A DNA stretch of 64,000 nt from a virus, in the IMG/VR virus record IMGVR_UViG_3300041411_000085, positions 23,004-87,003 of that record. One strand, written 5' to 3'. Shown here in pieces: positions 8,603 to 16,930 of this stretch; the first letter of the stretch is position 1; every line of letters begins with the position of its first letter. Both the position numbers and the translations under genes were made by a program. Below the pieces are notes generated by a model that saw only the letters and a program-made list of their open reading frames with translations, did no database searches and had not been told where the DNA came from.

Positions 8603-8845
8603 TTATTCTCCAAACAAATCATTAAGAAGGTCATCATCAGAGAGTGTATTGTCTGCTTCTGACTGATAAACGTCAATCCCTTTAGACTTAAGAAATTCAG
8701 CCTCTTGTGCTATTTCTTTCTCAATCTGTTTAATCCATACAGAACGCAGTTCGATTTCAGATTGACTCTTAGCGACAGCTAAGTATCCTTTCTCACTACT
8801 GAGGCGAATCATGAGAGCTGCGTAGTGAGAAGTATTGTAAGTCAT
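8603..8845 (-). CDS. hypothetical early protein
   Basis: Downstream of the promoter at 8879-8907. Confidence 0.7.
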   Translation of the reverse strand: MTYNTSHYAALMIRLSSEKGYLAVAKSQSEIELRSVWIKQIEKEIAQEAEFLKSKGIDVYQSEADNTLSDDDLLNDLFGE

Positions 8846-8878
8846 GATCTTTACTCTTCTGTTTGTTTGGTATGGCTC

Positions 8879-8907
8879 ATTATGAGGCTATCCACCTACC
8901 TGGTCAA
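8879..8907 (-). promoter_or_regulatory. sigma70-type early promoter
   Basis: TTGACC-17-CATAAT. Confidence 0.7.
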
Positions 8908-8930
8908 CAACTATATTCAGTTATTTTAGG

Positions 8931-8959
8931 CAAAAGAAAAGGAGCCCTGTGAGGCTCCT
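8931..8959 (-). terminator. intrinsic terminator
   Basis: AGGAGCC/GGCTCCT stem plus TTTCTTTT on the - strand. Confidence 0.65.
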
Positions 8960-8978
8960 GGAATGTAACCTTAACTCT

Positions 8979-9170
8979 TTACTTCACCATCTGTTTAGCC
9001 GTCCCAACAGCATCTTCCAAATCATCTGTGTGATATGTGGCTTCTTTCTGGAACTTATTATCAATGTAATACCACACTTGATACTCTTCCCATTCATCAT
9101 TCCATTTGATGATAGCTTTCTTGTTGTCATTCTTATATGTGGTTGGGAATGTTTTCGATGGTTTGGTCAT
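8979..9170 (-). CDS. hypothetical protein
   Basis: AGGA RBS; ends before the terminator. Confidence 0.65.
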   Translation of the reverse strand: MTKPSKTFPTTYKNDNKKAIIKWNDEWEEYQVWYYIDNKFQKEATYHTDDLEDAVGTAKQMVK

Positions 9171-10098
9171 GATGCTGATTCCTGGTGTATTCGTCTTGGG
9201 TTAGGTCCATTGTGAGGCTTTCACCATCTTGTGTCAACATTTCTTGTGAGATATTTTTAAGGATGTGAGCTACGGCATCCACGGTCCAGGCATTCCCAAT
9301 GCTTTTGTACCGTTCTGATGTACGAATACAATCTGTGTAGTTATCTGGCAATGTCTGTAAACGTTCGTATTCAACAGGCGTCAATCGTGTAATTTGATCA
9401 CCACGAGTGACATAGTTGCTATTCCAAGAACCATCAGAACGAGCTGTCAAGCAATTAGCTTTAATTGGATTCAATACAGCATAACGCTTATCAAAACACT
9501 GTTGCCCTTTTTCACTAGTGACCCAACGAGCACGACCCGGTGTAAGGATAGATAGTTCTGGAATACCTGGTTGTAAGATGTCTTTAAGATTAATACCTAA
9601 ATCCTGTGGTTGTTCAATGTTAGGAATGTTGGTCCAATACAAACGATCACGTTTTTGTGCACTGACCAAAGAGGAGTTAATACGAATAGGTTCAACTCCT
9701 AGTACTTTACTAATTTCATCAATAGCTTTTTTATTACCACTAACATTCTCAAGCATCCACCACTTTGGGTTTAGTTCATTTTTAATACGAACGTATTCCC
9801 AAAACAAACCACTCTTACCCTCAAGACCTGTGCCATCCCCCAGGTTTGAAATCGATTGGCAAGGTGTGCCTCCAACCAGCAAGTCAATTGCCCCGAGTTT
9901 GGATGTGTCTAGTGCACACATATCGCCAACTTGTTTAATATTAGGCCAATTGGACTGGCTAACTTTAATTGCATGCTTGTCGATCTCGGATGCGTAGTAA
10001 TTATTTACGATAATACCTGCACGTTGCAATGCAACAGCAGCACAAGAGATTCCATCACAAACTGACAAAACATTAATACCTTTATTCATAACACCCAC
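9133..10098 (-). CDS. DNA (cytosine-5)-methyltransferase
   Basis: Motifs I (SVCDGIS), IV (GGTPCQ), VI (LENV), VIII (QKRDRLYW), IX (RLQTLP) and X (YKSIGNAW). Confidence 0.9.
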   Translation of the reverse strand: MGVMNKGINVLSVCDGISCAAVALQRAGIIVNNYYASEIDKHAIKVSQSNWPNIKQVGDMCALDTSKLGAIDLLVGGTPCQSISNLGDGTGLEGKSGLFWEYVRIKNELNPKWWMLENVSGNKKAIDEISKVLGVEPIRINSSLVSAQKRDRLYWTNIPNIEQPQDLGINLKDILQPGIPELSILTPGRARWVTSEKGQQCFDKRYAVLNPIKANCLTARSDGSWNSNYVTRGDQITRLTPVEYERLQTLPDNYTDCIRTSERYKSIGNAWTVDAVAHILKNISQEMLTQDGESLTMDLTQDEYTRNQHHDQTIENIPNHI

Positions 10099-10116
10099 TT
10101 ATAAAGCTCCTTACGT

Positions 10117-10143
10117 TAAAAGCCGCTTTACGCGGCGTTTTTG
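10117..10143. terminator. probable bidirectional terminator
   Basis: AAAA-GCCGC-TTTAC-GCGGC-GTTTTT. Confidence 0.55.
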
Positions 10144-10166
10144 GTTTGTGTTTAAAACTTATTAAT

Positions 10167-10412
10167 TTAGACTTTCCAGAAGTCACTCTTGTTAGCCTCA
10201 TCAGCACAAACCTGAGCAGCCTTAGCAACAAGCTTAGCCACTTGATTCACAACGTTAGGCACTTCCAAACCAAAGGCTTCAGTAGTCAGCTCAACAGTTT
10301 GCCCATTCACCTTTGCCACAAGCTTCAAAGCATCTTCCAAAGCAATCTGTACGAAAGCTGGGGAGTTCATGAAAGACATTGCTGTGTATGTGGTTTTCAC
10401 TGAAGTGGTCAT
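10167..10412 (-). CDS. hypothetical early protein
   Basis: Downstream of the promoter at 10447-10475. Confidence 0.7.
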   Translation of the reverse strand: MTTSVKTTYTAMSFMNSPAFVQIALEDALKLVAKVNGQTVELTTEAFGLEVPNVVNQVAKLVAKAAQVCADEANKSDFWKV

Positions 10413-10446
10413 GATTGAAGTCTCTGTATTTGGTTGGTGTAGGAGA

Positions 10447-10475
10447 ATTATGGGCTCCTTTCAGAGCCCTGTCAA
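10447..10475 (-). promoter_or_regulatory. sigma70-type early promoter
   Basis: TTGACA-gggctctgaaaggagcc-CATAAT. Confidence 0.8.
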
Positions 10476-10482
10476 CATCTGA

Positions 10483-10749
10483 TTAGAAAGTAATTACAGA
10501 TGTTGTGTAGGCTTCACTGACTTCACCATCGCCCCAATCCATTTCAGGGTGAAACTCTTCCGTCACTACAGCCCCCGGAGTAACCTTAACGAAGTCTAGG
10601 GCTGCTGCTTTATGGTTCTTGCCGCTGATGATTACAAGATTATCATCATGACCAAAGTGAACAGCTCGTGCAACCATGATGTGGATATCAGCACCGTGGA
10701 TTTTCTTAGCAGAGGCATTAATTGCTTTGATTTCGTTGGCGATTGACAT
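10483..10749 (-). CDS. hypothetical early protein
   Basis: AGGAAG RBS; downstream of the promoter at 10796-10824. Confidence 0.7.
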   Translation of the reverse strand: MSIANEIKAINASAKKIHGADIHIMVARAVHFGHDDNLVIISGKNHKAAALDFVKVTPGAVVTEEFHPEMDWGDGEVSEAYTTSVITF

Positions 10750-10795
10750 GGTGTTCTTCCTAGTGGTTGGAAGCGTTCTTGCTTCCTATGAGTCC

Positions 10796-10824
10796 ATTCT
10801 AGAGAGATTTAGAAGGTACGTCAA
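10796..10824 (-). promoter_or_regulatory. sigma70-type early promoter
   Basis: TTGACG-17-TAGAAT. Confidence 0.75.
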
Positions 10825-10981
10825 CAGGAGTTTGTAAAAATTCTATAAATTCTTTTTCAGGTGTGTCTGTATGATCAGACCAATCGGCGTAAAAGTGTGG
10901 TATCTCAATTGGATTGCACCAACGACCTCTAACCTTGTCGGGGCTTATCATGAATCGAAAACCTTGATCTTTGAGTGTCAT
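10799..10981 (-). CDS. hypothetical protein
   Basis: Coupled ORF. Confidence 0.6.
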   Translation of the reverse strand: MTLKDQGFRFMISPDKVRGRWCNPIEIPHFYADWSDHTDTPEKEFIEFLQTPVDVPSKSL

Positions 10982-11241
10982 TAGGGATAATCCACATATG
11001 TGATTTTCTTGGTTTTCTTCTTTTGTTTCTTGACAATCTGAGCTGCATCGTATTCAGCTTGCCTGATGATCCATTGATCAATGTGGCGCTGAGCTTCCTC
11101 GATTGTGCCAAACTCTGCCAATGTCTCAAGGTCAACGTGCATATTTTGCCAACCCCACAAGAAGAAACAGTTATATTGACATTGATAAGACACACTATCA
11201 CAGTCTGTTGTTATCTTAATTCGTGTTCTATCCACCTTCAA
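10981..11241 (-). CDS. hypothetical protein
   Basis: AAGGAG RBS; coupled. Confidence 0.6.
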   Translation of the reverse strand: MKVDRTRIKITTDCDSVSYQCQYNCFFLWGWQNMHVDLETLAEFGTIEEAQRHIDQWIIRQAEYDAAQIVKKQKKKTKKITYVDYP

Positions 11242-11549
11242 TCTCCTTGCCCTATATTCCCACTATAATAACCACCCCCACTACCATTCACTGTCCTCTT
11301 GCTCCAGATGTCGTCAGCGGAGTGCTCAGAGAGGGTGTTTTCGATAGAGTCCCATGACTTGAACTTGTCATTCCATTTGTAGAGCTTATTTGTCTTAATG
11401 AAGACTTTGTAGTTATCATTCAACAGGTACGAACCTTTGCTCTTATCCTCAAAGTAAGCTTGTCCATCTTGAACAGAAATGCATTCAAGAACAACTGATT
11501 CATAGTAATTGACTTGGAGCTTGTATTTGGTGCCTTCCTTGTAGGTCAT
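11238..11549 (-). CDS. hypothetical protein
   Basis: GGAG RBS. Confidence 0.65.
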   Translation of the reverse strand: MTYKEGTKYKLQVNYYESVVLECISVQDGQAYFEDKSKGSYLLNDNYKVFIKTNKLYKWNDKFKSWDSIENTLSEHSADDIWSKRTVNGSGGGYYSGNIGQGD

Positions 11550-11552
11550 AAC

Positions 11553-11756
11553 TTAATACTCCGTTTGAAGCATCTTGGCAACAGTGGTCATTCGATCTAC
11601 ACAATACTCTAGTGTTGCTGCTACCAATAGCTGATTGGTTTCAGAGTCTCGAATCTCAGCGTAAAGAGTTCGTGCATGGCCGTTCTTACCATAACGAATG
11701 TTTGTAATCACAGCTTTAATGTAGGCATCAGTCCAGCTCATCACTCTTGCTCCCAA
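11553..11756 (-). CDS. hypothetical protein
   Basis: ORF in the run; start uncertain. Confidence 0.55.
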   Translation of the reverse strand: MGARVMSWTDAYIKAVITNIRYGKNGHARTLYAEIRDSETNQLLVAATLEYCVDRMTTVAKMLQTEY

Positions 11757-11886
11757 TTCCGCTTAAGATTTCTCTCATTACTATAGCCTCGCTTCTTGTC
11801 TTTACCGCCTGTGTCATAGTGGTCTGCACACTTACGTTTAGAAGATTTGCGTTCATATTTCTGGAATGATTCTTGTGTGTAGGTTT

Positions 11887-12117
11887 TCATTTGATTGAGT
11901 CTCTGATAATTGGTGCTAGTTTACAAATGCTTTCAGCAAGCTGATCTTTAGTTTCATGCGCTGACCATAGCTGTACAACTCTATTTAGTAAATTCTCAAG
12001 CTCAATGTTTCGTTCTTGTGTAGCTTCAAATGCAGCATTTGCGAGCATCCACTTATCTTCTATGAGAACCTTTTGGCGGCCAACAGGAAGACTGAGCCAC
12101 CATTCATTAAAAGTCAT
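11887..12117 (-). CDS. hypothetical protein
   Basis: GGAG RBS. Confidence 0.65.
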   Translation of the reverse strand: MTFNEWWLSLPVGRQKVLIEDKWMLANAAFEATQERNIELENLLNRVVQLWSAHETKDQLAESICKLAPIIRDSIK

Positions 12118-12256
12118 TTCAACATCTCCAATTCAATCATCTGTTTTGTATTATATATTGGAACACACGTCCATTGCCCATTGTCACGACAGAGTTTAGC
12201 ATGGGTTCCTTGGGAAAGGAAGTTGTAGGCTTGTTGGAATGCTGATTGGTAGTTGT

Positions 12257-12457
12257 TCATTTCTCTTTCCTTGCTTTGTCCCAACCTTGTAGACGTTCTA
12301 GTTTAGATCGAACATCGTTCAGCACAAGCCAATACCCTGCTGGACACACACTCAAGCTCTTATAAATTTGCTTGTAATAAGCTAAGCAGATTTTAAGCTC
12401 TTCGTCTGTCAAGTAATCAGCAGTTTTGGTGAATTTATCAAGAATTCGTTTGTCCAT
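12257..12457 (-). CDS. hypothetical protein
   Basis: Follows the upstream stop directly. Confidence 0.6.
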   Translation of the reverse strand: MDKRILDKFTKTADYLTDEELKICLAYYKQIYKSLSVCPAGYWLVLNDVRSKLERLQGWDKARKEK

Positions 12458-12458
12458 C

Positions 12459-13049
12459 TCACGCCGCCTTCAATTCGTTGATGTAGTTTCTTGCTTTCTG
12501 ATGCCATTCTATCGAGGTTTTCACTACCTTGCAAGACATTTTCAAGAAAGATTTGAAAGAGTTGCTAGGCGAAAGATCATCTATCCAGCTCACTCCACAA
12601 GGTGTGGCTACCTCTGTATGGGTGTAGTCTACATCAGAGCTTGAGTAGGTAGTTTCTACGCCAACTACCTCATATTCTTCCCCTGTTTTGATAGGTGTAA
12701 TAGCCTTCTTCAACAACTCTTCAGCTCTGCGTAGTTTCTTGAATGCAACCTCACGAAGTAAGGTATATTCTTCAGGACTGAACTCACCAGCTTTGAATGC
12801 TTGCTCTAATTCAATGGCTTCTGAGAGGAGCTTTTCGACACGAGCTGATTGTGGTAAGATGCGTTGTTTAAGAGGAACCTTTGTAGGCTTTTTCTCGTTA
12901 TTCTCTTCAGAGTACAAGAAAGTGTTAGCCGTTCCGTCCCTATTAAAATGCAGGCCACGAGACTGAGCAAGGCGATTCCCTATTTGTTCCCCACTCGTCT
13001 CGCTGGCGTTGTTCCAACTTTGTATGCAATACAATCGACCTGCTGTCAT
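12459..13049 (-). CDS. hypothetical protein
   Basis: Start moved to the ATG at 13049 because the listed TTG at 13115 is the -35 box of a promoter. Confidence 0.65.
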   Translation of the reverse strand: MTAGRLYCIQSWNNASETSGEQIGNRLAQSRGLHFNRDGTANTFLYSEENNEKKPTKVPLKQRILPQSARVEKLLSEAIELEQAFKAGEFSPEEYTLLREVAFKKLRRAEELLKKAITPIKTGEEYEVVGVETTYSSSDVDYTHTEVATPCGVSWIDDLSPSNSFKSFLKMSCKVVKTSIEWHQKARNYINELKAA

Positions 13050-13086
13050 GATGCACCTGCCTGATATTCCTGTTCCTGGTGTGATA

Positions 13087-13122
13087 ATTCTAACCCAATA
13101 GAAAAAGGCCGTCAAGCGGCCT
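13087..13122 (-). promoter_or_regulatory. fused terminator/promoter
   Basis: AGGCCG-cttga-CGGCCT-TTTTCT hairpin; TTGACG (in the loop)-17-TAGAAT. Confidence 0.75.
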
Positions 13123-13144
13123 GTATGGTTTATTTTTCATCTGT

Positions 13145-13375
13145 TTAGGTGGGTACTCTATCAATCAGTTTATACGGCTTCTCTGTTGAAAAGATTAGCA
13201 CTTCACCTTTCAAGGTCTTAGCTTCAGTGTATGCCTGACTAAATGTAGGATAGTCAGTGCTGTACCCATACTCGATAGGATCACCACACTCATCAAAGTT
13301 CCAGTACCCTTGGTCATTAACCCAAGACTCAAAAGACGTAGCTGCTCTAGCTACATAAAACTCATCAATGATCAT
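13145..13375 (-). CDS. hypothetical protein
   Basis: GAGGAAG RBS. Confidence 0.6.
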   Translation of the reverse strand: MIIDEFYVARAATSFESWVNDQGYWNFDECGDPIEYGYSTDYPTFSQAYTEAKTLKGEVLIFSTEKPYKLIDRVPT

Positions 13376-13545
13376 TTATTCTTCCTCACCAACTCACGAA
13401 GCAAGGCAATCTCCTCCTCACGCATAGCAGCCTCTTTGCGTTTACGACTATTACCCGCACTTACTGCACACCCAACCCAAACAATGATCCAAGGGAAGAA
13501 CAGGACAGTCATTATCAAGTGGCATATGTGGGCGAACGCGCTCAT
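13372..13545 (-). CDS. small single-pass membrane protein
   Basis: 57-aa ORF read by hand (MSAFAHICHLIMTVLFFPWIIVWVGCAVSAGNSRKRK...); overlaps both neighbours by 4 nt. Confidence 0.6.
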   Translation of the reverse strand: MSAFAHICHLIMTVLFFPWIIVWVGCAVSAGNSRKRKEAAMREEEIALLRELVRKNK

Positions 13546-13727
13546 GATTGAATTACTCCACCACTGCCCATAAACATTGGACGATTATGTTGTTGATTCC
13601 AACCACAATCTTGGTGTCCAATCTCACCAGCTTTCTGGCAGTTACAACGTTCAAGGTCATCGTCCACAGGAGGGTATCCAACAATACATTCAAACTCTTC
13701 AGCGGTCATCTCTAATTCAAGCTTCAT
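13542..13727 (-). CDS. hypothetical Cys/His protein
   Basis: RCNC...GHQDCGW...H pattern. Confidence 0.6.
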   Translation of the reverse strand: MKLELEMTAEEFECIVGYPPVDDDLERCNCQKAGEIGHQDCGWNQQHNRPMFMGSGGVIQS

Positions 13728-13933
13728 ACTATCACCTCAATAAGTTCAGTTGTGTACCAATTTTGTAGCCACTTGGTGGTTCCGTCATCAAAAAGTATAG
13801 TGGCTGTTTCATTCTTTTCGCCTACATTGTTAAACGTCACTTCTTTAACTTCGCAAGCGGATTTGAACTTGCTGCCACCTACGCGGATGAACACTTTGTC
13901 ACCGGGTTTGAGTTGGCCTATGAGCTTTTTCAC
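13724..13933 (-). CDS. hypothetical protein
   Basis: LKPGDKV (KOW-like) start. Confidence 0.55.
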   Translation of the reverse strand: MKKLIGQLKPGDKVFIRVGGSKFKSACEVKEVTFNNVGEKNETATILFDDGTTKWLQNWYTTELIEVIV

Positions 13934-13936
13934 TGC

Positions 13937-14107
13937 TCAGACCAGACGTACGATGAATCTGACAGCACCGTATTGCAAGTCCTTCTTGTTAGCGAGGTTA
14001 CGTGCAGCTTGACCTTTACCTGCTGGGTATTGCTTGATAACAGCCTTGGTCTGGATGTCTACTACTTCGTAAGCTACGTTGGTTTGAGTATTCACTGAAG
14101 TGGTCAT
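13937..14107 (-). CDS. small early protein
   Basis: 56-aa ORF read by hand (MTTSVNTQTNVAYEVVDIQT...); AGGAG RBS; downstream of the promoter at 14156. Confidence 0.7.
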   Translation of the reverse strand: MTTSVNTQTNVAYEVVDIQTKAVIKQYPAGKGQAARNLANKKDLQYGAVRFIVRLV

Positions 14108-14155
14108 GTCTGTTGCTCCTGTTCGTTTAGAAGCTTTCTGCTTCCTATGTATTAG

Positions 14156-14184
14156 AGTTTAAGGTAGATAGAAAGCCCTGTCAA
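14156..14184 (-). promoter_or_regulatory. sigma70-type early promoter
   Basis: TTGACA-17-TAAACT. Confidence 0.75.
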
Positions 14185-14363
14185 CACCTATTTATAAATA
14201 AATTTAGCAGAAAGTAAATCATTAGCCCACTCGTACATCTCGCCTACACCAAATGCATAGGATAGGGCAATCTTTGTACGGTGCGAGCTGTTTGGGTATA
14301 CGTTGTCGCACACCATTGAGTTAATAGTGTCGCGATAGGACTGCTTGAAGCGTTTAGAAGGTT

Positions 14364-14552
14364 TCATTTTAAACCTCTCTTACCGATCCTGTCCATCAAA
14401 GCTGACAACTGTTCGCGGTATTCGGAAGGGATTCTTGCAAACTGGTCTGGCGTCATTTGTGACGACAAAACTAAAGCTAGTTGTTCAGTCTCAAGCAGTC
14501 GCTTCTCAAGATTAGTTACAAACTTCCTTTGAACTTGAGATATTGTGGTCAT
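14364..14552 (-). CDS. hypothetical protein
   Basis: Start moved to the ATG at 14552 after AAGGA. Confidence 0.6.
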   Translation of the reverse strand: MTTISQVQRKFVTNLEKRLLETEQLALVLSSQMTPDQFARIPSEYREQLSALMDRIGKRGLK

Positions 14553-14592
14553 GTCATATTCCTTTGTTAGATTGTTTTGCTTTCTTGAATTG

Positions 14593-14621
14593 ATTATGGA
14601 CACCTTTCAAAGTCCTGTCAA
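14593..14621 (-). promoter_or_regulatory. sigma70-type early promoter
   Basis: TTGACA-ggactttgaaaggtgtc-CATAAT. Confidence 0.8.
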
Positions 14622-14839
14622 CAACTATTTTCAGATTCTTTCTCTAACCTGTATTGACACCACGAGCTGTGGCCTTCAAGACTATAGTTAATTTCAGGTA
14701 CAGCCCTCTTGCAATGGGAGCACATCCAGTAAGGATTGTCACCACCAATAGGCTCTTTAGGGAAGTCCTCAAACCATGTTTGTTTTGGTGTTTCTGCGGC
14801 TGCCACCTTAGGTTTGAATTTCTTGAATGACTTGGACAT
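14618..14839 (-). CDS. hypothetical Zn-binding protein
   Basis: CSHC...H..WC; start at the ATG at 14839 after AAGGA. Confidence 0.6.
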   Translation of the reverse strand: MSKSFKKFKPKVAAAETPKQTWFEDFPKEPIGGDNPYWMCSHCKRAVPEINYSLEGHSSWCQYRLEKESENSC

Positions 14840-14874
14840 TTTGAAATCCTTTTGTCGTTGGGTTATGTGTGCCA

Positions 14875-14909
14875 ATTCTAAGACAACAAAAAGCCCCGGT
14901 CAAGGGGCT
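14875..14909 (-). promoter_or_regulatory. fused terminator/promoter
   Basis: AGCCCC-TTGACC-GGGGCT-TTTTGTT; the loop is the -35 box, with 17 bp to TAGAAT. Confidence 0.8.
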
Positions 14910-14926
14910 GAGGTAAATCTTTTCAC

Positions 14927-15334
14927 TTATTCATTAGGTTTTAACACCTGTTTACAGCTTTCAGAGATAACCAGCAGCTTCGAACGATTCTCAATGCTGC
15001 TTTGACTGATCACTTCAGTTATCTCTACAATCCCCTCAACCACCTCAACAAATTTCTCCAGCCTAGTTTTGAGGAAGTCGATTTCAGCCTGTTGCAAATC
15101 AAACAGTTCGTTCATTAGCTCAATACGTTCTTGTGTGTCGTCCGTAATGGGTAACGTTGTGGCTTCTTCCTTAGCAGCCTCTACCAAAGGTTCTTCCCTA
15201 TCTTCCATCAAACCAGATACTAAGGGTGTTACTTTGTAGTTTACGTCCTCAATTGCCCAAGCCTCAACCTCTTTCATAAACAAGCTGCGGCCATCTCTCT
15301 CAATCAAAAACCCTTTAACTTTTGAGTTAGTCAT
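14927..15334 (-). CDS. hypothetical coiled-coil protein
   Basis: AAGGAG RBS. Confidence 0.7.
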   Translation of the reverse strand: MTNSKVKGFLIERDGRSLFMKEVEAWAIEDVNYKVTPLVSGLMEDREEPLVEAAKEEATTLPITDDTQERIELMNELFDLQQAEIDFLKTRLEKFVEVVEGIVEITEVISQSSIENRSKLLVISESCKQVLKPNE

Positions 15335-15335
15335 T

Positions 15336-15536
15336 CTAGTTGCTCCTTGCGATAGAACGAAAAGCTTCAGCTAATGTTGGCTTAACTCTTGTTTTCCCGT
15401 CAAGGCGGGTAATCCGATACCCCTCAGAACATTTCACAATTATTCCAATGAAGTTATTACTTGCATCAAAAACTCGGCGGGTTCCGTTCCCAGCTACTGG
15501 GGAAAACGAGCCTTTTACAGATTGGGCACTTGCCAT
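15336..15536 (-). CDS. hypothetical basic protein
   Basis: Start at the ATG at 15536 after AAGGTG. Confidence 0.6.
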   Translation of the reverse strand: MASAQSVKGSFSPVAGNGTRRVFDASNNFIGIIVKCSEGYRITRLDGKTRVKPTLAEAFRSIARSN

Positions 15537-15660
15537 GATAATCACCTTAAGATTTATTAGGTAATAAAACCTAGAGAACCATTTCACTAGGCTTGCCTCC
15601 CTGATATCGTCAGATGGCCTACTACTTAATCGCCGTCTCTTGTTGCTCCTTCATGTTCAA

Positions 15661-15689
15661 AGGATAGCGAAAGGCTTACACGAATGCAA
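15661..15689 (-). promoter_or_regulatory. sigma70-type promoter
   Basis: TTGCAT-17-TATCCT. Confidence 0.55.
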
Positions 15690-15707
15690 GCAACTTCTGA
15701 AAAGATT

Positions 15708-15971
15708 TTACGAATTGTAAATTAACCCTTTAGAAACAAGCACTTGCTCAATACTCCCAAGGCTGATAACATAAGCTTTAGCCTGATCTGTAGGGTATGC
15801 AACATCGAAATCAGCATCCTCAGCAAACCAAAGGTGGCTGTCTAGAAACCCTTCCAGTGTGCTAACAGGCAGATTTGAATAAGCTAGACAGTCCATTAAT
15901 GCTTCGTTGTGTACACCTTCTACTTTCAGCGAGATCAGTGTGGCCTTGATGCTGTTTTCCTGATTGTTCAT
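15708..15971 (-). CDS. hypothetical protein
   Basis: GGGGA RBS. Confidence 0.65.
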   Translation of the reverse strand: MNNQENSIKATLISLKVEGVHNEALMDCLAYSNLPVSTLEGFLDSHLWFAEDADFDVAYPTDQAKAYVISLGSIEQVLVSKGLIYNS

Positions 15972-16048
15972 TTTAGATCCCCATCTAGTTAATGTTGTGT
16001 TACAGATTCAGAGCCCGTGTAACGTTGGTGAGAGGCTCTGTTAAGGTG

Positions 16049-16076
16049 ATGATACGCTTGTTGGATCCGATAGCAA
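16049..16076 (-). promoter_or_regulatory. sigma70-type promoter
   Basis: TTGCTA-16-TATCAT. Confidence 0.5.
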
Positions 16077-16101
16077 GGGGTGTTTCACGAAATTATCACA
16101 T

Positions 16102-16650
16102 TTATTTTCCAACGATTCCTTGCAATTTCTCAGCTTGTTTCTGAAGATCCGCGATTTTTTGCACCAGAATGTCAAGCTGTTTTTGCTCTTCTGACTCAAT
16201 TTCTGGAAACTCTACAGAATCTATGACTGTCTTAAATGTAAGCTTAATTTCTTTAGCTGTGTCATGTTTAAGATCAATGCTGTCTGTGTGACAGAACGCG
16301 CCTCGCTTGTACGGGCTCAGTTTGAGGTAAAGCGAGCTTGTGTAACGTACAGAAGCGTCTTCATGGTGTTGCCACACAAACCCCTGATCAAACAGCCAGT
16401 TCTGCACGAGCCTAGAGATTTCATGAGTTGGTGTGCAGATAAACCACCTATCTTTCTTAATATCAAACACAGCCACATCCTGATTAATAATTTCTACATC
16501 ACCTTTGTCAAAATAACGGTTTACACCCGGACTACCCACCTCTTTATAATCCCAACTCCCATTCGTATTTTCAACGGCTTCAAAGACCTCACCAACCTTA
16601 TCCGCATACCAGTAGCTAGCAAATGTAGCCTTAATCACTTTAACTTTCAT
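16102..16650 (-). CDS. hypothetical protein
   Basis: AGGAG RBS; 182 aa; C-terminal coiled coil. Confidence 0.75.
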   Translation of the reverse strand: MKVKVIKATFASYWYADKVGEVFEAVENTNGSWDYKEVGSPGVNRYFDKGDVEIINQDVAVFDIKKDRWFICTPTHEISRLVQNWLFDQGFVWQHHEDASVRYTSSLYLKLSPYKRGAFCHTDSIDLKHDTAKEIKLTFKTVIDSVEFPEIESEEQKQLDILVQKIADLQKQAEKLQGIVGK

Positions 16651-16696
16651 CTTTCTCTCCTAAACCATTAATTTAAATTATCAAAACACCAGCTAT

Positions 16697-16930
16697 TTAA
16701 AACATCCCAGTTATTTTATGCCACTGTTCTTCTACAAACGCAATGCCTCTGATGTATTCCTTGTCATCCCAAGTCGTATTAATCCACATACTAATGTGTT
16801 CTTCCAAAGCTGTGACACCTAGATTGCAAGCATAGATACAGTCAGAAAGCGCCTCTTGATAACAATCTGATTCTGTCGATTCATTTAAGACAATTTGCAA
16901 GCGTTCTTTTAGTAGATCAAGAGGGTTCAT
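16697..16930 (-). CDS. hypothetical protein
   Basis: Likely start at MNPLDLL. Confidence 0.55.
   Translation of the reverse strand: MNPLDLLKERLQIVLNESTESDCYQEALSDCIYACNLGVTALEEHISMWINTTWDDKEYIRGIAFVEEQWHKITGMF

Noticed and set aside
8921-8959. Fourth terminator-promoter fusion
   Set aside because: A TAAAAT follows the terminator, but there is no acceptable -35 box at 16-18 bp.
15575-15620. Hammerhead ribozyme (CTGACGA...GAAA on the - strand)
   Set aside because: The core words are present, but stem I and the cleavage triplet cannot be placed in hammerhead topology.
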